Source of the DNA: an uncultured Pseudomonadota bacterium
GTDB taxonomy: Bacteria; Vulcanimicrobiota; Vulcanimicrobiia; Eremiobacterales; Eremiobacteraceae
DNA: 64,000 nt
Assembly (NCBI GenBank): GCA_963736005.1
Contig: CAVTNB010000001.1
Coordinates: forward strand, 1-64,000
Direction of reading: 5' to 3'
Part shown: positions 31,601 through 40,227 of the stretch, one piece after another
Layout of the letters: each line of letters starts with the position of its first letter
Position numbering within the stretch: position 1 is the stretch's first letter
Notes under the pieces: model-generated
What the model was told of the DNA's origin: nothing
Databases searched by the model: none
What the model saw: only the letters and a program-made list of their open reading frames with translations
Made by a program: the position numbers and the translations under genes

Positions 31601-31842
31601 CGCTCGGCATCACCGAGGGCGCGGAGTTCCGCAAGTCGATCGGCACCGTCATCATCGGCGGTCTGTTGAGCTCGCTGTTGCTCACGCTCTTCCTCATCCC
31701 GGTCATTTACCAAGGGCTCGTTGGATGGATGGAGCGGTTCCACGAGCGTCGCCAGAAGCGCATGCTCGAACTCGCCGAGGAAGACGAGGAAGAGGAAGAA
31801 GAAGTCGGCCCGCTCCCGGAGCGCGTCACCGCTCATCTGTAA
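28624..31842 (+). CDS. RND efflux transporter permease (AcrB/SwrC-like)
   Basis: YPGASP; GILVDDSIVVLENI; GLVAKNGILLVD; RFRPIVMT. Confidence 0.95.
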   Translation: MWLTRFAIKNPTIVTLFFLGVTVFGLVGYRMMGQNVNPNVQFPDVSIEADYPGASPDEMERLVVKPIEDQLQNVNHVQHVNTTIEDGIAFMDVSLNLGTDVNFAANDVQQAVDAARIYLPSDMDPPFVSKNDTSGDPIVIEAVSAPSLTPIDLSNLVNNELIPDLRNVPGVGGASAGGLYDRQITIEPDVAQLNGVGGTLLDVSNSIGVGNVSLPGGRLDQPFQETTVGVRADIRSADQIAALPLTLPGQPNGQIKVGDVAKVVDGFADQRLISSLNGGPGIILQVVRDANSDTKNTTTATRAEFKTLAEKYPQLHFKELQADADFMHDSINGVLQNLFEGILLTAIVLLLFLHILRSAAVVMIAIPTSILATFFVMWVMGMTIDLLSLMGLSLTVGILVDDSIVVLENITRHRLMGKGPEEAAIDGRTEIGNAAIAITLVDVVVFAPIAFMSGIVGEFLREFALVIVVATLFSLLVSFTLTPLLAAHWALLKRPRPLRSATASGWARFINGFGNWFEGVRKSYHDGALPWAMKRPWLVIVGCFTLVFLSFVPIIAQIVPFEFQPTTDWGFAIVDLTYPPGTPIGVTESGLLRLEDAVLKMDGVESVNGTAGHKSGTRGGQVAEMFVTLDQKKRHNEDQVIAAVTKLGYLVPGGRIEASHGQNGGQAPIQYTLTGASSEAVEAGANKLKNFIATIPDSNNVQTTTQIAGPRLEIDINSERAALLGVSPEDAATAARAAIGGVIATKVRMPEGLVNAIVQLPPETRNDESQLRAVTVRATNGMLIPLSSVANFKWMQEPTELTREDRQRIVTVSTDTKNGAPISKVKNKIDAALKQPNFLPAGVSLKEAEGSDSQLLTESMQKIGIALLTSFVLIYMLLVILYRSYLAPLIIMFTVPLAFIGISFLLTGVNLLHGVFPNVRYFQGQTLNIFSMLGIVMLTGLVAKNGILLVDYANTLRKRGFSIAEAMRESASVRFRPIVMTTASMIFGMLPLALGITEGAEFRKSIGTVIIGGLLSSLLLTLFLIPVIYQGLVGWMERFHERRQKRMLELAEEDEEEEEEVGPLPERVTAHL

Positions 31843-31848
31843 CCCCAC

Positions 31849-31893
31849 GTAGCAGCGGACCTTCAGGTCCGCTCGCTCGAACGTATTCGCGCG
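31849..31893. repeat. REP family 2 plus a degenerate family-1 copy
   Basis: GTAGCAGCGGACC-TTC-AGGTCCGCT followed by CGCTCGAACGTATTCGCGCG. Confidence 0.7.
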
Positions 31894-31959
31894 GTGTGTT
31901 CCGCATCGCACTTTCGTAGCAAGCATCTAAGGCCCAGCGACTAGCCGAATTATTACTTT

Positions 31960-32985
31960 ATGAGGTGGTGGGCCGCAGGCGTAGTGATCGGGGTGCTGCT
32001 CTTTGCCGCTGCGTGCTCGGGCGGTTCGAGCGCACTCCCGGGGCCCCTGGGTCCCCAGCCGACGAGTCCTCCCAACGCAACGCCCACTCCAAGCTCCGCT
32101 CCATCGCCGTCACCGACGCCCGTTGGTACGACACCCGCGGAGCCGATGATCGATAGCTGCCAGGTCTTTCCTTCGGATAATCCCTGGAACACGGATATCT
32201 CAAATTACCCGGTGGACCCCAACTCTGCGAACTATCTCGCGAGCATGAATGCATCGACGAAGAACCTGCACCCAGATTTCGGATCGAATCCCACGTACGG
32301 AATCCCATACATTACCGTGCCTGGAACGCAGCCGAAAGTGCCCATCAACTTCACGGAGTACGGCGATCAAAGCGACCCTGGCCCATATCCATTTCCGGCA
32401 AACGCTCCGGTGGAAGGTGGTTCTGGTTCAACCGGTGACCGGCACGTGCTCGTCATCGACCGCGACAATTGCGTTCTCTACGAAACATATTACTCGTTCT
32501 ACGTTGGTCCCGGCTGGAATGCGGGCTCGGGTGCGATCTTCCATTTTAACTCGGATGCGTTACGCCCCGACGGATGGACCTCAGCCGATGCTGCCGGCTT
32601 GCCGATCTTCGCGGGCCTCGTCCGCTACTACGAAGTGCAGCAAGGGGCGATCGATCACGCACTGCGATTTACGGTTCATCAGACACAACAAGGATTTATT
32701 CACCCGGCGACCCATTGGGCGAGTAGTTCGACGAATGCCAACCTCCCGCCGATGGGGCTTCGCGTGCGCCTCAAGGCAAGTTATGACATTTCGCACTTCA
32801 CGGGCGAATCAAAAGTCGTGCTCGTTGCGTTGAAGAAGTATGGCATGATCGTGGCCGACAATGGCTCTGACTGGTTCATTACCGGCGAGACGAACACAAA
32901 TTGGAACGACAACGACCTAGACCAGCTCAAGACGGTTCCCGGAAGTGCATTTGAGGTCGTCAAGACAGGCCCGATCATTCACTAG
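31960..32985 (+). CDS. Conserved hypothetical lipoprotein with Pro/Ser/Thr linker
   Basis: Lipobox FAAAC; FPSDNPWN; GDRHVLV; GWTSADAAGLPI; IDHALRF. Confidence 0.8.
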   Translation: MRWWAAGVVIGVLLFAAACSGGSSALPGPLGPQPTSPPNATPTPSSAPSPSPTPVGTTPAEPMIDSCQVFPSDNPWNTDISNYPVDPNSANYLASMNASTKNLHPDFGSNPTYGIPYITVPGTQPKVPINFTEYGDQSDPGPYPFPANAPVEGGSGSTGDRHVLVIDRDNCVLYETYYSFYVGPGWNAGSGAIFHFNSDALRPDGWTSADAAGLPIFAGLVRYYEVQQGAIDHALRFTVHQTQQGFIHPATHWASSSTNANLPPMGLRVRLKASYDISHFTGESKVVLVALKKYGMIVADNGSDWFITGETNTNWNDNDLDQLKTVPGSAFEVVKTGPIIH

Positions 32986-33028
32986 TCCGAATGAGCCCCG
33001 GACAGGGTGTGCCTCCGAGGTAGCATTC

Positions 33029-33574
33029 ATGAAATTTCCTTGGTTGTTGATTGGGGTCGCGGCCGGAGCCATAGCGGTTCTTGCCGTTGCAGGACCGGCG
33101 AGCGCGCTCTCCGTGGGAGACACGGCGCCCGATTTCACCGCTGACTCAACGCTAGGCGGCAAGGTGAGCTCGTTCAACCTCAAAGACGCACTGGCCAAGC
33201 ACGCCATCGTGCTGTATTTTTTTCCCAAAGCGTTTACCGCTGGCTGAACCATCGAGGCGAAAGCCTACGCCGCCAGGTTGGCGGATTTTGAAAAGCTCGG
33301 GGCCGAAGTGGTTGGTATTTCTCCAGATGACGTGAAGACGCTCGCCGATTTTCAAGAAAAAACACCCGCGCCGCAACGATTCGTCAGCGACGCGAACCGT
33401 ACGGTCATCAAAGCCTACGGGGTTGAAATCGGTGTTGGGTCCTTGACGCTCGCCAAACGTGAAACGTTTGTGATCGGCAAAGACGGTAAGATACTCTTTA
33501 GCTATTTCGATTGGAGTCCGTTGACCAACGTCAACAAGACATACGCATGGTTACAGCAACACCCGCAAAATTGA
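33029..33574 (+). CDS. Exported BCP/AhpC-TSA peroxiredoxin with probable selenocysteine (UGA 33245-33247)
   Basis: Signal peptide; LSVGDTAPDF; LYFFPKAFTAG-UGA-TIEAKAY, where the family motif is PxxxTxxC. The frame continues to 33574 (VVGISPD...RETFVIGKDG). Confidence 0.85.
33248..33284 (+). promoter_or_regulatory. Candidate bacterial SECIS element
   Basis: AGGC-GAAA-GCCT hairpin, then CCGCCA-GGT-TGGCGG; the G-containing apical loop is 28 nt after the UGA. Confidence 0.6.
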
Positions 33575-33621
33575 GATATCGTGTCGTGAATTTACTCACG
33601 GCCACACGAAAATGTGGCGTC

Positions 33622-34143
33622 GTGAATTCATTCACGACGTTCTTGTGCTGCGCGGGGTTGATCGTGGCCTCGCTCGCGCTTGCAGCGCGTGTCTGGGCGG
33701 CGGCCCCACCACACGTGGGATCACCCGCGCCGGCCTTTTCGCTGCCTATCGTGGCGAATGGCGGTGGCACCGTTTCGCTCGATTCACTGAAAGGTCACGC
33801 CGTCTATCTCAACTTCTTTGCGACCTGGTGTCAGCCGTGCAAAGAAGAGGTGCCGTACATTTCAAAACTTTCGCAGCAATTCGCAAAGCGCAACGTGGTG
33901 GTCATCGGCGTGGACGAACTTGAATCCGCGGACAAAGTCAAGCAATTTGCGCAGCAGTATAAGCTTGCCTACAAATTGACGCTCGATAGCGGCGGCGACG
34001 TCGGTGGTAACTACGGGCTTTTGGGTCTGCCTTTGCACGTTTTTATAGCCCCAAACGGTACTGTGGCCGCGTATCGGGTGGGAGAGATGTCGGAGGCGCA
34101 GGTCCGCGCCGCGCTGCAGGCAGCAAGCTCTGCCCACACCTGA
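33622..34143 (+). CDS. TlpA/ResA-family thiol-disulfide oxidoreductase
   Basis: Signal/TM segment; NFFATWCQPCKEE; GLP cis-Pro loop. Confidence 0.9.
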   Translation: MNSFTTFLCCAGLIVASLALAARVWAAAPPHVGSPAPAFSLPIVANGGGTVSLDSLKGHAVYLNFFATWCQPCKEEVPYISKLSQQFAKRNVVVIGVDELESADKVKQFAQQYKLAYKLTLDSGGDVGGNYGLLGLPLHVFIAPNGTVAAYRVGEMSEAQVRAALQAASSAHT

Positions 34144-34144
34144 T

Positions 34145-34169
34145 GTAGTCGCGCGAATTTATTCGCACG
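34145..34169. repeat. REP family 1 copy (GTAG on + strand)
   Basis: GTAGTCGCGCGAATTTATTCGCACG. Confidence 0.85.
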
Positions 34170-34176
34170 TCACCGC

Positions 34177-34490
34177 ATGGCGCAAGAATATAATTTCTTA
34201 ACGCCATGGCGCTTCGATGGGGCAACAATCTTCGAAGTTGCTGACATCCTGGAGGATACGGCGTCCTTGCCGCGCTGGTGGCCTGATCTCTATGGGTCCA
34301 CGCTGACCTCGACCGGCGACCTCATCGGCACGGGGATCTGGCGACTCGCGGAACGAGACGGCGGCTGGAGAAGCCTTTGTTGCGGCTCATTTCGCCGCTC
34401 GTGCGTTCCTTTCTCGCGAACAATCACGAGTGGTCGATGCAGCGCGGCGAAGAAGGGTTGCGTCGCGAAATCTTCCGGCGGCGCAAAGTG
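34177..34490 (+). pseudogene. Internally deleted SRPBCC/polyketide-cyclase-like gene
   Basis: YNFLTPWRF...LPRWWP, GDLIGTGIWRL, then EKPLLRLISPL...NNHEWSMQRGEEGL in another frame; the middle segments are missing. Confidence 0.55.
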
Positions 34491-34494
34491 CCCA

Positions 34495-34519
34495 CGCGCG
34501 AATAAATTCGCGCGACTAC
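34495..34519. repeat. REP family 1 copy, providing the stop codon of the DUF202 gene
   Basis: CGCGCGAATAAATTCGCGCGACTAC. Confidence 0.85.
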
Positions 34520-34887
34520 ATTATCTTGAGCAGGCTGAGGACGACTGCGATGCCCAAAAGAGAGGTTGCCACGCCAACAATCAGATTGCTCGCAGCGCTT
34601 GGACGAAATTGGTCCTTCGTTAGATCGCGCGTCGTGGAGTAAAAGCGCCAGACCCCGAAGATCGCAAGCAGACATCCAAACACAGCAAAAGCCAATCCCA
34701 AACGCTCACTGCCTAAAGGCGACGACACTGTTGCTGCGCCAGGGAGGACCCGAAGGAACAGTCCAAACCGCGAGATGACAAACCCAAAGGCCATAACAGA
34801 AAGCGACGTTCTGACATATGCCAGAAACGTTCGTTCGTTTGCCAAAAAATCGGTTGGCCTCGAGGGCCCAAAGGGCGGCACGCTCAT
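34516..34887 (-). CDS. YidH/DUF202 inner membrane protein
   Basis: DFLANERTFLAYVRT...FGFVISRFGLF. Confidence 0.88.
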   Translation of the reverse strand: MSVPPFGPSRPTDFLANERTFLAYVRTSLSVMAFGFVISRFGLFLRVLPGAATVSSPLGSERLGLAFAVFGCLLAIFGVWRFYSTTRDLTKDQFRPSAASNLIVGVATSLLGIAVVLSLLKIM

Positions 34888-34991
34888 TCCTGGCGCGGTT
34901 CCATTTGTTTCGTCTTGAATCCCGGCTGTTCGACAAGGCACAGCAGCGGCGTGCGCACAACTATTCTCCGGTGCAGCTGGCGGTAAGGGGA

Positions 34992-37277
34992 ATGCAGTTT
35001 CTCGTGGCAGCGCTTGTGTTGCTGTCACCGAGCACATCGCTGCTCGCCGCCTCGAGCGTCATGCTACCAAACGGCTGGCATGTGACGCCGGCTGGCTCGA
35101 TCGCACCGCTCGGCACGCTGCCTCTCCATATGGTTGAAGATCCCTCTGGTCGATGGCTCGCCATCACGACTGGAGGTTACGGAGCGGTGGCCATCTCTTT
35201 GGTCGACGAGCAAACCGGCAGAGTCGTCTCGAGTGTGCCGGTCCCTGGGGCCTTCTATGGACTCGCGTTTTCGGGGCAATTGCTGTATGCATCCACGGCA
35301 AACGGCAACACCATCGAGCGCTACAAGATCGCACGAGATACGGGGGCTCTTTCAAGCGCGGGATCCATCACGCTCGGCACGGGCGATCTTTGGATTTCCG
35401 GGCTGGCGGCAACCAGCGGCATGCTATATGCTGCCGAGCTCGATGCCGATCAGCTCGTCGCCATCGATGCGGGCCGAGGCAACCAAGTCTGGTCGACCAA
35501 GGTCGGCAAGGCCCCATATGCTGTCGTGCTATCGCCCGACAACCAGACACTCTACGTTAGCAATTGGGCGTCGTCTTCGGTTTCGGTTGTGAACGCACGG
35601 AGTGGAAAACTCGAGAAAGAAATTACCGTCGGCGCACACCCCAATGCCGAATTATTGTCTCGCGATGGCGAGCAGCTCTACGTTGCGTGCGCCAACAGCG
35701 ATACCGTCGCCGAGATCGACACAAAGAAGCAGGCCCTGCACGCGACCATCGACGCGAACATCTATCCCCACGCACTCGAAGGCGCAACGCCAAACGGTCT
35801 CGCCCTGTCGCCATACGGCAGGACGCTTTTTGTGGCGGACGCGGGCGACAACGCAATCGTCGCAGTGGATCTGACGACCAGCACCCCTACCGCATTCGGT
35901 GCGATTCCGACAGGTTGGTATCCGACAGACGTCACTGTGTCAAGGGATGGCCAGAAAATTTACGTTCTCGATGGGAAGGGCGTGTCAGGCCACCCAAATC
36001 CGTTCTATGCGCATTCCGACGTCATCGCGCATGGCGCCCCTCGAGATGACCGTTACTACGTGGCTGCGCTTGCCACCGGCGATCTCGAAATGCTGCCCTT
36101 GTCAAATCACGCGAGCCTGGTCGCGGGGCTCGCTGCCGTCCGACTGAACTCGCCTTACAAACCAAAATTGCCGATGACCGTCGAGTTGCCAAAGAACGTG
36201 CACGTTATCTACATCATTAAGGAAAATCGGACCTACGATGAAGTGCTGGGTGACGATCCTCGTGGCAATGGGGATTCGGATCTGACGATTTTCGGCAGGC
36301 GCGTCACGCCGAATATTCACCGGCTTGCGCAGTCGTTTGTCCTGTTGGATAATTTCGACACGGACGCCGCCGTCAGCGCAGATGGCCATAACTGGAGCAC
36401 GGCCGCCTACGCGAGCGATTGGGTTGAGAAGTTCTGGCCCCCCGAATACTCCGGCCGACGGCCGACCTACGACTTCGAGGAACGCGGCCCGGCATCGCCT
36501 CAAGCAGGATATCTTTGGAACGATGCGATCGAGCACGGCGTGACCTTTCGCGATTATGGCGAATTTCTCAAACTGGGCGGCGATGCGCCGTTTGCCCCTT
36601 CCGATCCGTCGCTAGATGGTTGGATCGACCCGAATTACCGAGGATTCGATCTGCACCACTCGGATCAAGAGCGGATAGAAGAATGGCTGCGCGAGTTTCG
36701 CCAGTTCGTCGCAGACGGGAAGTTGCCACAACTGGAAATCGTTCGACTGCCGAGCGATCATACCGCGGCGACCAGGCCCGGCTATAAGACACCGTATGCC
36801 ATGCTGGCGGACAATGACTATGCGGTCGGGCGTCTGGTGGACGCCGTGAGCCACAGCTCATATTGGGCGAATACCATCATTTTCAGTGTGGAGGACGATG
36901 CACAAGCCGGACCGGATCACGTCAGCGACCACCGCGCCGAAGCGTTGATTGTCGGCGGTCCTATTAAGCGGGGCCTCGTCGATCACACGCATTACACGAC
37001 CTCAAGCGTCTTGCGGACGATCGAGTTGCTCTTGGGTCTCCCGCCGATGAGCCAATTCGACGCTGGAGCAACCCCGATGACCTTTGACTTTGCGAACCAG
37101 GGGAACGCGGAACCGTGGACCGCCTCGAAACCGCTCATCGATCTTACGAGTGTGAATTCCGGCAGCAATCCGGACGCAAAGACATCGCAATCGTTGAATC
37201 TGAACGAAGCCGATGCCGCCGATCCGTCAACGCTCACCGCAATCTTGTTTCGCTTCGCCAAGGCGCACAAACACTAG
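34992..37277 (+). CDS. YncE/YVTN beta-propeller plus phosphoesterase (alkaline-phosphatase superfamily) protein
   Basis: LPNGW.VTPAG; propeller repeats; HVIYIIKENRTYD; SADGHNW; EDDAQAGPDHV. Confidence 0.9.
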   Translation: MQFLVAALVLLSPSTSLLAASSVMLPNGWHVTPAGSIAPLGTLPLHMVEDPSGRWLAITTGGYGAVAISLVDEQTGRVVSSVPVPGAFYGLAFSGQLLYASTANGNTIERYKIARDTGALSSAGSITLGTGDLWISGLAATSGMLYAAELDADQLVAIDAGRGNQVWSTKVGKAPYAVVLSPDNQTLYVSNWASSSVSVVNARSGKLEKEITVGAHPNAELLSRDGEQLYVACANSDTVAEIDTKKQALHATIDANIYPHALEGATPNGLALSPYGRTLFVADAGDNAIVAVDLTTSTPTAFGAIPTGWYPTDVTVSRDGQKIYVLDGKGVSGHPNPFYAHSDVIAHGAPRDDRYYVAALATGDLEMLPLSNHASLVAGLAAVRLNSPYKPKLPMTVELPKNVHVIYIIKENRTYDEVLGDDPRGNGDSDLTIFGRRVTPNIHRLAQSFVLLDNFDTDAAVSADGHNWSTAAYASDWVEKFWPPEYSGRRPTYDFEERGPASPQAGYLWNDAIEHGVTFRDYGEFLKLGGDAPFAPSDPSLDGWIDPNYRGFDLHHSDQERIEEWLREFRQFVADGKLPQLEIVRLPSDHTAATRPGYKTPYAMLADNDYAVGRLVDAVSHSSYWANTIIFSVEDDAQAGPDHVSDHRAEALIVGGPIKRGLVDHTHYTTSSVLRTIELLLGLPPMSQFDAGATPMTFDFANQGNAEPWTASKPLIDLTSVNSGSNPDAKTSQSLNLNEADAADPSTLTAILFRFAKAHKH

Positions 37278-37459
37278 TTTTTTCTCTTTCGTTCTCATCA
37301 AGCTTTAAGAAATCTCCGAGATTCTCAGGAACTCGTAGCACCTATGGTTGCGTTAGGTCAACAGTGTGCGAGTTCTCACATAATTTTCACGCTAGAACAT
37401 GGCTGTCGGGATACTATCTTAGTAGACTGAATCCGAATACCACTGTGAGGCCTTTCGAA

Positions 37460-39268
37460 ATGCAAAACAAATATATAAAGAGCAATTGGAAAATCTTCCC
37501 GCTTTCTTTGAGTTTGTTTATCGCCCTTGGGTGCTGCGCCACATTGTCAACGCAAGCAAAAGCGGATGACACGACCGATGCCGGCAGCAGCGTTGCAAGG
37601 ATCAGCGTCCTGCACGGCAACGTCACGATGCAGCGCGGCGATTCAGGCGACACAGTGGCAGCAAGCATTAACGCGCCGGTGAACGTTGGCGACTATCTCT
37701 CCACGCCAGCTGGCGATTCGCGCGCCGAAGTACAGCTCGATGCGAACGATTTCGTTCGCGTGGGCGCCAACTCGCAGCTGCGCTTCACGCAGCTCGATGC
37801 GAACAACGAGACGTTGCAGCTGGCTGCCGGCACGATCGAGTTGCGCATGTTCAAATACGTCGCCGATCCACAAGTGGACACCCCGTCGATTAGCATTCGG
37901 CCGAACGTCGCGGGCCAGTACCGCGTTTCTGTCGCGAGCGATGGGAGCACGACGTTTACCGTTCGCTCGGGTAGCGCGGATCTTTTAGCGCCGCAGGGCA
38001 GGCAGACGATCGGCGCCGGACTTACAGTCGTCATTAGCGGAACGTCGTCCAACCCGGTCATTCGACCAGTCGCGGTCGTTGCGTACGATGATTTTGATTC
38101 ATGGAACGCGCAACGCGATCAATATGCGCAGCAAGCCTACAGCGATCAGTACATCAACCCCGACATGGTTGGCGCAGACGATCTGAATGCAGACGGCCAT
38201 TGGGTATGGGAACCGGACTATGGCAACGTTTGGGTTCCCTACGGGGTCGCGCCAGGTTGGGCTCCCTATCATGACGGTCGTTGGGCTTGGGAGCCGTATT
38301 ACGGTTGGACCTGGGTTGGCTACGAGCCATGGGGTTGGGCGCCCTACCACTATGGTCGCTGGTTGTACACCGGTGGCTACGGGTGGGCTTGGTATCCTGG
38401 TCCCGTGTACGTTCGCCCCGTGTACCGGCCAGCGCTGGTTGCGTTCTTCGGTTTCGGCAGCGGTGGATCAAGCTTCAGCCTCGCCTTTGGCAACGTCGGC
38501 TGGGTGCCGCTTGCGCCATACGAACCCTTCCATCCATGGTGGGGTCCGACGATCGTTAATCGCACGGTTATCAACATCACCAACGTGAACGTCACGAACG
38601 TCAACGTCACTCACATCTATCGCAACGCGCTCGTAAGGAATGGTGTAGCTGTCGTGTCGCATGCGAACTTCACCGATGGGACGTCGTATCACTATGTGGC
38701 GGTCCGTCCTGAGGATCTCCGTTCAGTGTCGCTCGTCAAGAGCGCGGTGCCGATAGTGCCAACCCGGCAAAATCTGTCGTTCACGAAAGTCGAGCCGGGC
38801 CACGCAGTCGTCGCGGCGCCGGTCTCCCCGCACTTTGCGCGACTCTCGGCGCCGACCAAGCTACCACCGTCCTTCGATTCGCAACAAAAGGCAATCGAAG
38901 CATCAACCACGCGCGACTATCACGCAAACGGAGCGTCACCGAAGCTCCCGGCTGGCAATGGAATCCAGACGAAGTCCACCACTGGCAGCGCACCATCGCA
39001 AGGAGGGGCTCCGTCCTCCGCATGGGGTCGGTTCAATGCCAACCGAGGGACTGCGGCGCACGTCGATGCACCGGCAGGAGCAGCGGCAGGGGCGGGCGCG
39101 CCTTCTAACCCGGGCTTAAAGGATCGCTGGACCAAGTTTGCTCCCGCAAACAACGTCTACACTGCCAATCCTGGTGGCGCGACCCATCATCCCCAGAGCG
39201 TCAACCCGCACCACGGTGCCACAAAACAAAAGAAGCCAACCGGTTCAAAGAAGCCCGGTGGCGGCTAA
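37460..39268 (+). CDS. Secreted FecR-like plus DUF6600-type aromatic-repeat protein
   Basis: Signal peptide; VARIS...RAEVQ FecR-like region; WVP...GWAPYHDGRW...PWGWAPYHYGRW repeats; low-complexity tail. Confidence 0.8.
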   Translation: MQNKYIKSNWKIFPLSLSLFIALGCCATLSTQAKADDTTDAGSSVARISVLHGNVTMQRGDSGDTVAASINAPVNVGDYLSTPAGDSRAEVQLDANDFVRVGANSQLRFTQLDANNETLQLAAGTIELRMFKYVADPQVDTPSISIRPNVAGQYRVSVASDGSTTFTVRSGSADLLAPQGRQTIGAGLTVVISGTSSNPVIRPVAVVAYDDFDSWNAQRDQYAQQAYSDQYINPDMVGADDLNADGHWVWEPDYGNVWVPYGVAPGWAPYHDGRWAWEPYYGWTWVGYEPWGWAPYHYGRWLYTGGYGWAWYPGPVYVRPVYRPALVAFFGFGSGGSSFSLAFGNVGWVPLAPYEPFHPWWGPTIVNRTVINITNVNVTNVNVTHIYRNALVRNGVAVVSHANFTDGTSYHYVAVRPEDLRSVSLVKSAVPIVPTRQNLSFTKVEPGHAVVAAPVSPHFARLSAPTKLPPSFDSQQKAIEASTTRDYHANGASPKLPAGNGIQTKSTTGSAPSQGGAPSSAWGRFNANRGTAAHVDAPAGAAAGAGAPSNPGLKDRWTKFAPANNVYTANPGGATHHPQSVNPHHGATKQKKPTGSKKPGGG

Positions 39269-39319
39269 CCCGTAGAGGAGCGATACCGGGTCGGGCACTG
39301 CGCCCGGCCCGATTTGTAT

Positions 39320-40093
39320 TTAGTGGCCCGCCGCAGCGGCGCGCGTGTCAGAAACCAGATCGAATCGAAGCGTCAGCATTCGATCTCTCGACGTCTGAGA
39401 AGCGGCTAGGTTTTCTGTCGCCGCACCGTTCGTCGATGAACTCATCCTTTTGGTTACGCGCCCGGACAGGGGGACGAGGGTGGTTGCCTCATATTGGATT
39501 GTGCCTTCCGTGTATACGTCATAATTCTTAATCGTCTGCTTCTTTTGAATGGTGACGATGCTCCCGTTCACGGCGCTGACGGAGTAATCAGTCGTCACGT
39601 TGCCGTTCATATACGGCTGATTCGTTTGCCAGCGCGTGGAAGTGTCGAGACCATCGGATGGAGCGAACTTTGTGCCGAAATACGAAAGCAGTTCTCGCGT
39701 CACGTCGTGGATCGTCGACTGCGGGAACTGAACGGTGCCATCGGGCGCAACGGCGCCATCAAAGGTTAAGGGGCGGGCGATGCCATTCCACTGCTCGGTG
39801 ACCTGGATGCCTAACGTGCCGTCGGGCGCCACGGCCATGATGTCGACGGTGACGGTCCCGGTGTTGCCGGTCGAGCCGCTGGAGCCCGGCGGCGCCGCAT
39901 TATAACTGCCGATGACCCCAGACGGGTCTGGATTAAAGCCGCCATACGATTCGCTCGTGTCGTTGATCTGCAGATTTGCAACCACTTTGTACACGACTTC
40001 ACGCAATGGCTTGTAAGTGGGCTGGCCCGCTGACGGGGCGGGCGTCGATGTTGCCACCGCAGTCACGGCTGCCAAAACAATTGCAGCAAGCAT
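39320..40093 (-). CDS. Secreted hypothetical protein
   Basis: GGAG RBS; MLAAIVLAAVTAVA signal; beta-rich body. Confidence 0.7.
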   Translation of the reverse strand: MLAAIVLAAVTAVATSTPAPSAGQPTYKPLREVVYKVVANLQINDTSESYGGFNPDPSGVIGSYNAAPPGSSGSTGNTGTVTVDIMAVAPDGTLGIQVTEQWNGIARPLTFDGAVAPDGTVQFPQSTIHDVTRELLSYFGTKFAPSDGLDTSTRWQTNQPYMNGNVTTDYSVSAVNGSIVTIQKKQTIKNYDVYTEGTIQYEATTLVPLSGRVTKRMSSSTNGAATENLAASQTSRDRMLTLRFDLVSDTRAAAAGH

Positions 40094-40227
40094 TGGATTC
40101 ACTCCGGATTTCTCTAACGAATTCTCTTGCGGCGCCTGATGTTCGATGCCGCTCAAAAAGACCGTTAGACGACCAATGCGCGGCTCCTTGGCCCTGCCGT
40201 CAAACCGAGTCCCAGCTGGCCTAGCGC

